64,000 bases of DNA, taken from Bugula neritina. Lineage: Eukaryota; Animalia; Bryozoa. Where the stretch lies: contig CAXIUT010000230.1 of assembly GCA_964035545.1 (NCBI GenBank), forward strand, positions 434,001 to 498,000. Reading direction: 5' to 3'. The stretch's first letter is position 1; the number at the start of each line of letters is the position of its first letter. Below are positions 48,601 through 62,400 of this stretch, piece by piece. The notes beneath the pieces were generated by a model that worked only from the letters and a program-made list of their open reading frames with translations, was not told the origin of the DNA and ran no database searches. The position numbers and the translations under genes are program-made.

Positions 48601-51600
48601 CTGCAACATACTAAAATATACGGCAACATACTGAAATACACTGCAAAATACTGAAATACACTGTAACATACTGAAATACACTGCAAAAAACTCCAACATA
48701 CTGAAATACACTGCTACATACTGAAATATACTACTACATACTGCAACATTTGGCAACATACTGAAATATACTGCGACACATTGCAGTATACTGAAACATA
48801 CTGAAATATGCTGTAGCACACTGAAATACACTGCAACTCACTGAAATATACTGCAACACACTGCAACATACTGCAACATACTAAAATATACTGCAACATA
48901 CTGAAATACACTGCAAAATACTGAAATACACTGTAACATACTGAAATATACTGAAATACACTGGAACATATTGAAATACACTGCAACAAATTGAAGTATA
49001 CTGCAACATACCTAAATATACGGTAATATACCAAAATATACTGTAACATAATGAAATATGCTGTAGCACATTGAAATACACTGCAACTCACTGAAATATA
49101 CTGCAACATACTGAAACACAGTGCTACATACTGAAATACACTGCAACATACTGCAACATACTGAAATACACTGTAACATACTGAAATTCACTGCAACATA
49201 CTACAACATTTTGAAATACACTGCAACACATTGAAATATACTGCAACATACCTAAATATACGGTAATATACCAAAATATACTGTAACATAATGAAAAATA
49301 CTGCAACATACTGAAATACACTTCAACACACTGAAAAACACTGCAAAATACTGTAACACACTGAAATATACTGCAAAACACTGAAATACACTGCTACATA
49401 CCGAAATATACTGCAACACAGTGCAACATACTGCAACATACTAAAATATACTGCAACATACTGAAATACACTCCAAAATACTGAAATACACTGTAACATA
49501 CTGAAATACACTGCAAAATACTCCAACATACTGAAATACACTGCTACATACTGAAATATACTACTACATACTGCAACATTTGGCAACATACTGAAATATA
49601 CTGCGACACATTGCAGTATACTGAAACATACTGAAATATGCTGTAGCACACTGAAATACACTGCAACTCACTGAAATATACTGCAACATACTGAAATACA
49701 CTGTGACATACTGAAATATACTGCGACGTACTGCACCATACTGAAATACACTGTAACATACTGAAATACACTGCAACACATTGAAACATACTGCAAAATA
49801 CTGAAAAACACTGCTACATACTGAAATATACTGCAACACACTGCAACATACGACAACATACTGAAATATACTGCGACACATTGCAATATATTCTAACATA
49901 CTGAAATACAGTGCTACATACTGAAATATACTGCAACATACCGAAATACACTGTAACATGTTGAAATATACTGCAACATACCTAAATATACGGTAATATA
50001 CCAAAATATACTGTAACACATTGAAAAATACTGCAACATACTGAAATACACTGCAACCTCTGAAAAACACTGCAAAATACTGTAACACACTCAAATATAC
50101 TGCAAAACACCGAAATACACTGCTACATACTGAAATATACTGCAACACACTGCAACATACTGCAACATACTAAAATATACTGCAACATACTGAAATACAC
50201 TGCAAAATACTGAAATACACTGTAACATACTGAAATATACTGAAATACACTGGAACATATTGAAATACACTGCAACAAATTGAAGTATACTGCAACATAC
50301 TGAAATACACTTCAACACACTGAAAAACACTGCAATATACTGTAACATACTGAAATATGCCGTAGCACACTGAAATACACTGCAACTCACTGAAATATAC
50401 TGCAACATACTGCACCATACTGAAATACACTGTAACATACTGAAATACACTGCAACATAATACAACATTTTGAAATACACTGCAACACATTGAAATATAC
50501 TGCAACATACCTAAATATACGGTAATATACCAAAATATACTGTAACATAATGAAATATGCTGTAGCACATTGAAATACACTGCAACTCACTGAAATATAC
50601 CGCAACATACTGAAACACAGTGCTACATACTGAAATATACTGCAACATACTGCAACATACTGAAATACACTGTAACATACTGAAATTCACTGCAACATAC
50701 TACAACATTTTGAAATACACTGCAACACATTGAAATATACTGCAACATACCTAAATATACGGTAATATACCAAAATATACTGTAACATAATGAAAAATAC
50801 TGCAACATACTGAAATACACTTCAACACACTGAAAAACACTGCAAAATACTGTAACACACTGAAATATACTGCAAAACACTGAAATACACTGCTACATAC
50901 TGAAATATACTGCAACACAGTGCAACATACTGCAACATACTGAAATACACTGCAACATACTACAACATACTGAAATACGCTGTAATACATTGAAATACAC
51001 TGCAACACATTGAAATATACTGTAACTCGCTGAAACATACTGTAACTCACTGAAATATAGTGTAATATACGGAAATGTACTGTAAAATACTGGAATATAC
51101 TGTAACACACTGAAATATACTGCAACATAATGAAATACACTGTAACATACTGAAATACACTGCAACATCCCGCAACATATTGAAATACACTGCAGCACAC
51201 TGCAACATACTGCAACATACTAAAATATACTGCAACATCTTGAAATACACTGCAAAATACTGAAATATACTGCAACATACTGCAACATACTAAAATACAC
51301 TGTAACATATTGAAATACACTGCAACACATTGAAATATACGGCAAAATACTGAAATACACTGCTACATACTGAAATATACTGCAACACACTGCAACATAC
51401 TGCAACATACTAAAATTTACTGCAACATACTGAAATACACTGCAAAATACTGAAATACACTGTAACATACTGGAATATACTGCGACACATTGCAATATAC
51501 TGTAACATACTGAAATATGCTGTAGCACATTGAAATACACTGCAACTCACTGAAATATACTGCAACATACTGAAATACACTGTAACATATTGAAATACAC

Positions 51601-54600
51601 TGCAACATACTGAAATACAGTGCTACATACTGAAATATACTGCAACATACTGCAACATACTGAAATACACTGTAACAAACTGAAATACACTGCAACATAC
51701 TACAACATTTTGAAACACACTGCAACACATTGAAATATACTGCAACATTCCTAAATATACGGTAATTTACCAAAATATACTGTAAAACATTGACAAATAC
51801 TGCAACATACTGAAATACACTGCATTACACTGAAAAACACTGCAAAATACTGTAACACACTGAAATATACTGCAAAACACTGAAATACACTGCTACATAC
51901 TGAAATCTACTGCAACACAGTGCAACATACTGCAACATACTAAAATATACTGCAACATACTGAAATACACTGCAGAATACTGATATACACTGTAACATAC
52001 TGAAATACACTGCAAAATACTACAACATTTTGAAATACACTGCAATACATTGAAATATACTGCAACATACTTAAATATACGGTAATATACTGAAATATAC
52101 TGTAACACATTGAAAAATACTACAAAGTACTGAAATACACTGCAACATACTACAACATACTGAAATACGCTGTAATACATTGAATATACTGCAACATACC
52201 TAAATATGCGGTAATATACTGAAATAAACTAGAACACATTGAAAATACTGCAACATACTGAAATACACTGCAACACACCGAAATATACTGCAAAATAAAA
52301 CAACATACTGAAATACACTGTAACATATTGAAATACACTGTAACACATTGAAATATACTGCAACATACCGAGATATATTGTAAACTACTGAAATATACTG
52401 TAACACATTGAAAAATACTGCAACATACTGAAATTTACTGCGACACATTGCAATATACTGTAACATACTGAAATATGCTGTAGCACACTGAAATACACTG
52501 CAACTCACTGAAATATACTGCAACATACTGAAATACACTGTAACATATTGAAATATACTGCAACATACTGCACCATACTGAAATACACTGGAACATATTG
52601 AAATACACTGCAACAAATTGGAGTATACTGCAACACACTGAAACACACTGAAATACACCGCAAAACACTACAAAATACTGAAACATACTGCAACATACTA
52701 AAATACACTACTACATACTGAAATATACTGCAACATACTGCACCATACTGAAATACACTGTAACATACTGAAATACACTGCAACATAATACAACATTTTG
52801 AAATACACTGCAACACATTGAAATATACTGCAACATACCTAAATATACGGTAATATACCAAAATATACTGTAACATAATGAAATATGCTGTAGCACATTG
52901 AAATACACTGCAACTCACTGAAATATACTGCAACATACTGAAACACAGTGCTACATACTGAAATATACTGCAACATACTGCAACATACTGAAATACACTG
53001 TAACATACTGAAATTCACTGCAACATACTACAACATTTTGAAATACACTGCAACACATTGAAATATACTGCAACTTACCTAAATATACGGTAATATACCA
53101 AAATATACTGTAACATAATGAAAAATACTGCAACATACTGAAATACACTTCAACACACTGAAAAACACTGCAAAATACTGTAACACACTGAAATATACTG
53201 CAAAACACTGAAATACACTGCTACATACTGAAATATACTGCAACATACTGCAACATACTGAAATACACTGTAACATACTGAAATTCACTGCAACATACTA
53301 CAACATTTTGAAATACACTGCAACACATTGAAATATACTGCAACATACCTAAATATACGGTAATATACCAAAATATACTGTAACATAATGAAAAATACTG
53401 CAACATACTGAAATACACTTCAACACACTGAAAAACACTGCAAAATACTGTAACACACTGAAATATACTGCAAAACACTGAAATACACTGCTACATACCG
53501 AAATATACTGCAACACAGTGCAACATACTGCAACATACTAAAATATACTGCAACATACTGAAATACACTGCAAAATACTGAAATACACTGTAACATACTG
53601 AAATACACTGCAAAATACTCCAACATACTGAAATACGCTGCTACATACTGAAATATACTACTACATACGGCAACATTTGGCAACATACTGAAATATACTG
53701 CGACACATTGCAGTATACTGAAACATACTGAAATATGCTGTAGCACACTGAAATACACTGCAACTCACTGAAATATACTGCAACATACTGAAATACACTG
53801 TGACATACTGAAATATACTGCGACGTACTGCACCATACTGAAATACACTGTAACATACTGAAATACACTGCAACACATTGAAACATACTGCAAAATACTG
53901 AAATACACTGCTACATACTGAAATATACTGCAACACACTGCAACATACGGCAACATACTGAAATATACTGCGACACATTGCAATATATTCTAACATACTG
54001 AAATACAGTGCTACATACTGAAATATACTGCAACATACCGAAATACACTGTAACATGTTGAAATATACTGCAACATACCTAAATATACGGTAATATACCA
54101 AAATATACTGTAACACATTGAAAAATACTGCAACATACTGAAATACACTGCAACCTCTGAAAAACACTGCAAAATACTGTAACACACTCAAATATACTGC
54201 AAAACACCGAAATACACTGCTACATACTGAAATATACTGCAACACACTGCAACATACTGCAACATACTAAAATATACTGCAACATACTGAAATACACTGC
54301 AAAATACTGAAATACACTGTAACATACTGAAATATACTGAAATACACTGGAACATATTGAAATACACTGCAACAAATTGAAGTATACTGCAACATACCTA
54401 AATATACGGTAATATACCAAAATATACTGTAACATAATGAAATATGCTGTAGCACATTGAAATACACTGCAACTCACTGAAATATACTGCAACATACTGA
54501 AACACAGTGCTACATACTGAAATACACTGCAACATACTGCAACATACTGAAATACACTGTAACATACTGAAATTCACTGCAACATACTACAACATTTTGA

Positions 54601-55410
54601 AATACACTGCAACACATTGAAATATACTGCAACATACCTAAATATACGGTAATATACCAAAATATACTGTAACATAATGAAAAATACTGCAACATACTGA
54701 AATACACTTCAACACACTGAAAAACACTGCAAAATACTGTAACACACTGAAATATACTGCAAAACACTGAAATACACTGCTACATACCGAAATATACTGC
54801 AACACAGTGCAACATACTGCAACATACTAAAATATACTGCAACATACTGAAATACACTCCAAAATACTGAAATACACTGTAACATACTGAAATACACTGC
54901 AAAATACTCCAACATACTGAAATACACTGCTACATACTGAAATATACTACTACATACTGCAACATTTGGCAACATACTGAAATATACTGCGACACATTGC
55001 AGTATACTGAAACATACTGAAATATGCTGTAGCACACTGAAATACACTGCAACTCACTGAAATATACTGCAACATACTGAAATACACTGTGACATACTGA
55101 AATATACTGCGACGTACTGCACCATACTGAAATACACTGCAACATACTGCAACATACTGCAACATACTAAAATATACGGCAACATACTGAAATACACTGC
55201 AAAATACTGAAATACACTGTAACATACTGAAATACACTGCAAAAAACTCCAACATACTGAAATACACTGCTACATACTGAAATATACTACTACATACTGC
55301 AACATTTGGCAACATACTGAAATATACTGCGACACATTGCAGTATACTGAAACATACTGAAATATGCTGTAGCACACTGAAATACACTGCAACTCACTGA
55401 AATATACTGC
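42284..55410. repeat. Tandem duplication, period 6556 bp (2 copies; right macro-repeat)
   Basis: ORF offsets are 42568/49124, 44195/50751, 46395/52951 and 48394/54950. Shared variants include ACTACAAAGT and ACTGCAACTT. Confidence 0.93.
46390..46935. repeat. Local 270-bp tandem duplication (also at about 52946-53490 and 61760-62305)
   Basis: Nearly identical ORFs at 46395/46665, 52951/53221 and 61766/62036. Confidence 0.85.
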
Positions 55411-58400
55411 AACATACTGAAATACACTGTGACATACTGAAATATACTGCGACGTACTGCACCATACTGAAATACACTGTAACATACTGAAATACACTGC
55501 AACACATTGAAATATACTGCAAAATACTGAAATACACTGCTACATACTGAAATATACTGCAACATACTGAAACACAGTGCTACATACTGAAATACACTGC
55601 AACATACTGCAACATACTGAAATACACTGTAACATACTGAAATTCACTGCAACATACTACAACATTTTGAAATACACTGCAACACATTGAAATATACTGC
55701 AACATACCTAAATAGACGGTAATATACCAAAATATACTGTAACATAATGAAAAATACTGCAACATACTGAAATACACTTCAACACACTGAAAAACACTGC
55801 AAAATACTGTAACACACTGAAATATACTGCAAAACACTGAAATACACTGCTACATACCGAAATATACTGCAACACAGTGCAACATACTGCAACATACTAA
55901 AATATACTGCAACATACTGAAATACACTGCAAAATACTGAAATACACTGTAACATACTGAAATACACTGCAAAATACTCCAACATACTGAAATACGCTGC
56001 TACATACTGAAATATACTACTACATACTGCAACATTTGGCAACATACTGAAATATACTGCGACACATTGCAGTATACTGAAACATACTGAAATATGCTGT
56101 AGCACACTGAAATACACTGCAACTCACTGAAATATACTGCAACATACTGAAATACACTGTGACATACTGAAATATACTGCGACGTACTGCACCATACTGA
56201 AATACACTGTAACATACTGAAATACACTGCAACACATTGAAACATACTGCAAAATACTGAAATACACTGCTACATACTGAAATATACTGCAACACACTGC
56301 AACATACGGCAACATACTGAAATATACTGCGACACATTGCAATATATTCTAACATACTGAAATACAGTGCTACATACTGAAATATACTGCAACATACCGA
56401 AATACACTGTAACATGTTGAAATATACTGCAACATACCTAAATATACGGTAATATACCAAAATATACTGTAACACATTGAAAAATACTGCAACATACTGA
56501 AATACACTGCAACCTCTGAAAAACACTGCAAAATACTGTAACACACTCAAATATACTGCAAAACACCGAAATACACTGCTACATACTGAAATATACTGCA
56601 ACACACTGCAACATACTGCAACATACTAAAATATACTGCAACATACTGAAATACACTGCAAAATACTGAAATACACTGTAACATACTGAAATATACTGAA
56701 ATACACTGGAACATATTGAAATACACTGCAACAAATTGAAGTATACTGCAACATACCTAAATATACGGTAATATACCAAAATATACTGTAACATAATGAA
56801 ATATGCTGTAGCACATTGAAATACACTGCAACTCACTGAAATATACTGCAACATACTGAAACACAGTGCTACATACTGAAATACACTGCAACATACTGCA
56901 ACATACTGAAATACACTGTAACATACTGAAATTCACTGCAACATACTACAACATTTTGAAATACACTGCAACACATTGAAATATACTGCAACATACCTAA
57001 ATATACGGTAATATACCAAAATATACTGTAACATAATGAAAAATACTGCAACATACTGAAATACACTTCAACACACTGAAAAACACTGCAAAATACTGTA
57101 ACACACTGAAATATACTGCAAAACACTGAAATACACTGCTACATACCGAAATATACTGCAACACAGTGCAACATACTGCAACATACTAAAATATACTGCA
57201 ACATACTGAAATACACTCCAAAATACTGAAATACACTGTAACATACTGAAATACACTGCAAAATACTCCAACATACTGAAATACACTGCTACATACTGAA
57301 ATATACTACTACATACTGCAACATTTGGCAACATACTGAAATATACTGCGACACATTGCAGTATACTGAAACATACTGAAATATGCTGTAGCACACTGAA
57401 ATACACTGCAACTCACTGAAATATACTGCAACATACTGAAATACACTGTGACATACTGAAATATACTGCGACGTACTGCACCATACTGAAATACACTGCA
57501 ACATACTGCAACATACTGCAACATACTAAAATATACGGCAACATACTGAAATACACTGCAAAATACTGAAATACACTGTAACATACTGAAATACACTGCA
57601 AAAAACTCCAACATACTGAAATACACTGCTACATACTGAAATATACTACTACATACTGCAACATTTGGCAACATACTGAAATATACTGCGACACATTGCA
57701 GTATACTGAAACATACTGAAATATGCTGTAGCACACTGAAATACACTGCAACTCACTGAAATATACTGCAACATACTGAAATACACTGTGACATACTGAA
57801 ATATACTGCGACGTACTGCACCATACTGAAATACACTGTAACATACTGAAATACACTGCAACACATTGAAATATACTGCAAAATACTGAAATACACTGCT
57901 ACATACTGAAATATACTGCAACATACTGAAACACAGTGCTACATACTGAAATACACTGCAACATACTGCAACATACTGAAATACACTGTAACATACTGAA
58001 ATTCACTGCAACATACTACAACATTTTGAAATACACTGCAACACATTGAAATATACTGCAACATACCTAAATAGACGGTAATATACCAAAATATACGGTA
58101 ACATAATGAAAAATACTGCAACATACTGAAATACACTTCAACACACTGAAAAACACTGCAAAATACTGTAACACACTGAAATATACTGCAAAACACTGAA
58201 ATACACTGCTACATACCGAAATATACTGCAACACAGTGCAACATACTGCAACATACTAAAATATACTGCAACATACTGAAATACACTGCAAAATACTGAA
58301 ATACACTGTAACATACTGAAATACACTGCAAAATACTCCAACATACTGAAATACGCTGCTACATACTGAAATATACTACTACATACTGCAACATTTGGCA

Positions 58401-59115
58401 ACATACTGAAATATACTGCGACACATTGCAGTATACTGAAACATACTGAAATATGCTGTAGCACACTGAAATACACTGCAACTCACTGAAATATACTGCA
58501 ACATACTGAAATACACTGTGACATACTGAAATATACTGCGACGTACTGCACCATACTGAAATACACTGTAACATACTGAAATACACTGCAACACATTGAA
58601 ACATACTGCAAAATACTGAAATACACTGCTACATACTGAAATATACTGCAACACACTGCAACATACGGCAACATACTGAAATATACTGCGACACATTGCA
58701 ATATATTCTAACATACTGAAATACAGTGCTACATACTGAAATATACTGCAACATACCGAAATACACTGTAACATGTTGAAATATACTGCAACATACCTAA
58801 ATATACGGTAATATACCAAAATATACTGTAACACATTGAAAAATACTGCAACATACTGAAATACACTGCAACCTCTGAAAAACACTGCAAAATACTGTAA
58901 CACACTCAAATATACTGCAAAACACCGAAATACACTGCTACATACTGAAATATACTGCAACACACTGCAACATACTGCAACATACTAAAATATACTGCAA
59001 CATACTGAAATACACTGCAAAATACTGAAATACACTGTAACATACTGAAATATACTGAAATACACTGGAACATATTGAAATACACTGCAACAAATTGAAG
59101 TATACTGCAACATAC
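53240..59115. repeat. Tandem duplication, period 2359 bp (about 2.5 copies)
   Basis: ORF offsets are 53420/55779/58138, 54510/56869 and 55270/57629. A shared variant AATAGACGGT has its G at 55715 and 58074. Confidence 0.92.
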
Positions 59116-62100
59116 TGAAATACACTTCAACACACTGAAAAACACTGCAATATACTGTAACATACTGAAATATGCCGTAGCACACTGAAATACACTGCAA
59201 CTCACTGAAATATACTGCAACATACTGCACCATACTGAAATACACTGTAACATACTGAAATACACTGCAACATAATACAACATTTTGAAATACACTGCAA
59301 CACATTGAAATATACTGCAACATACCTAAATATACGGTAATATACCAAAATATACTGTAACATAATGAAATGTGCTGTAGCACATTGAAATACACTGCAA
59401 CTCACTGAAATATACCGCAACATACTGAAACACAGTGCTACATACTGAAATATACTGCAACATACTGCAACATACTGAATTACACTGTAACATACTGAAA
59501 TTCACTGCAACATACTACAACATTTTGAAATACACTGCAACACATTGAAATATACTGCAACATACCTAAATATACGGTAATATACCAAAATATACTGTAA
59601 CATAATGAAAAATACTGCAACATACTGAAATACACTTCAACACACTGAAAAACACTGCAAAATACTGTAACACACTGAAATATTCTGCAAAACACTGAAA
59701 TACACTGCTACATACTGAAATATACTGCAACACAGTGCAACATACTGCAACATACTGAAATACACTGCAACATACTACAACATACTGAAATACGCTGTAA
59801 TACATTGAAATACACTGCAACACATTGAAATATACTGTAACTCGCTGAAACATACTGTAACTCACTGAAATATAGTGTAATATACGGAAATGTACTGTAA
59901 AATACTGGAATATACTGTAACACACTGAAATATACTGCAACATAATGAAATACACTGTAACATACTGAAATACACTGCAACATCCCGCAACATATTGAAA
60001 TACACTGCAGCACACTGCAACATACTGCAACATACTAAAATATACTGCAACATCTTGAAATACACTGCAAAATACTGAAATATACTGCAACATACTGCAA
60101 CATACTAAAATACACTGTAACATATTGAAATACACTGCAACACATTGAAATATACGGCAAAATACTGAAATACACTGCTACATACTGAAATATACTGCAA
60201 CACACTGCAACATACTGCAACATACTAAAATTTACTGCAACATACTGAAATACACTGCAAAATACTGAAATACACTGTAACATACTGGAATATACTGCGA
60301 CACATTGCAATATACTGTAACATACTGAAATATGCTGTAGCACATTGAAATACACTGCAACTCACTGAAATATACTGCAACATACTGAAATACACTGTAA
60401 CATATTGAAATACACTGCAACATACTGAAATACAGTGCTACATACTGAAATATACTGCAACATACTGCAACATACTGAAATACACTGTAACAAACTGAAA
60501 TACACTGCAACATACTACAACATTTTGAAACACACTGCAACACATTGAAATATACTGCAACATTCCTAAATATACGGTAATTTACCAAAATATACTGTAA
60601 AACATTGACAAATACTGCAACATACTGAAATACACTGCATTACACTGAAAAACACTGCAAAATACTGTAACACACTGAAATATACTGCAAAACACTGAAA
60701 TACACTGCTACATACTGAAATCTACTGCAACACAGTGCAACATACTGCAACATACTAAAATATACTGCAACATACTGAAATACACTGCAGAATACTGATA
60801 TACACTGTAACATACTGAAATACACTGCAAAATACTACAACATTTTGAAATACACTGCAATACATTGAAATATACTGCAACATACTTAAATATACGGTAA
60901 TATACTGAAATATACTGTAACACATTGAAAAATACTACAAAATACTGAAATACACTGCAACATACTACAACATACTGAAATACGCTGTAATACATTGAAT
61001 ATACTGCAACATACCTAAATATGCGGTAATATACTGAAATAAACTAGAACACATTAAAAATACTGCAACATACTGAAATACACTGCAACACACCGAAATA
61101 TACTGCAAAATAAAACAACATACTGAAATACACTGTAACATATTGAAATACACTGTAACACATTGAAATATACTGCAACATACCGAGATATATTGTAAAC
61201 TACTGAAATATACTGTAACACATTGAAAAATACTGCAACATACTGAAATTTACTGCGACACATTGCAATATACTGTAACATACTGAAATATGCTGTAGCA
61301 CACTGAAATACACTGCAACTCACTGAAATATACTGCAACATACTGAAATACACTGTAACATATTGAAATATACTGCAACATACTGCACCATACTGAAATA
61401 CACTGGAACATATTGAAATACACTGCAACAAATTGGAGTATACTGCAACACACTGAAACACACTGAAATACACCGCAAAACACTACAAAATACTGAAACA
61501 TACTGCAACATACTGAAATACACTACTACATACTGAAATATACTGCAACATACTGCACCATACTGAAATACACTGTAACATACTGAAATACACTGCAACA
61601 TAATACAACATTTTGAAATACACTGCAACACATTGAAATATACTGCAACATACCTAAATATACGGTAATATACCAAAATATACTGTAACATAATGAAATA
61701 TGCTGTAGCACATTGAAATACACTGCAACTCACTGAAATATACTGCAACATACTGAAACACAGTGCTACATACTGAAATATACTGCAACATACTGCAACA
61801 TACTGAAATACACTGTAACATACTGAAATTCACTGCAACATACTACAACATTTTGAAATACACTGCAACACATTGAAATATACTGCAACATACCTAAATA
61901 TACGGTAATATACCAAAATATACTGTAACATAATGAAAAATACTGCAACATACTGAAATACACTTCAACACACTGAAAAACACTGCAAAATACTGTAACA
62001 CACTGAAATATACTGCAAAACACTGAAATACACTGCTACATACTGAAATATACTGCAACATACTGCAACATACTGAAATACACTGTAACATACTGAAATT

Positions 62101-62400
62101 CACTGCAACATACTACAACATTTTGAAATACACTGCAACACATTGAAATATACTGCAACATACCTAAATATACGGTAATATACCAAAATATACTGTAACA
62201 TAATGAAAAATACTGCAACATACTGAAATACACTTCAACACACTGAAAAACACTGCAAAATACTGTAACACACTGAAATATACTGCAAAACACTGAAATA
62301 CACTGCTACATACCGAAATATACTGCAACACAGTGCAACATACTGCAACATACTAAAATATACTGCAACATACTGAAATACACTGCAAAATACTGAAATA
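58870..62400. repeat. Third, slightly more diverged partial copy of the right macro-repeat (offset 8815 from copy 2)
   Basis: ORF offsets are 50091/58906, 51825/60640 and 53221/62036. It lacks the ACTACAAAGT and ACTGCAACTT variants shared by the 6556 pair. Confidence 0.88.
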
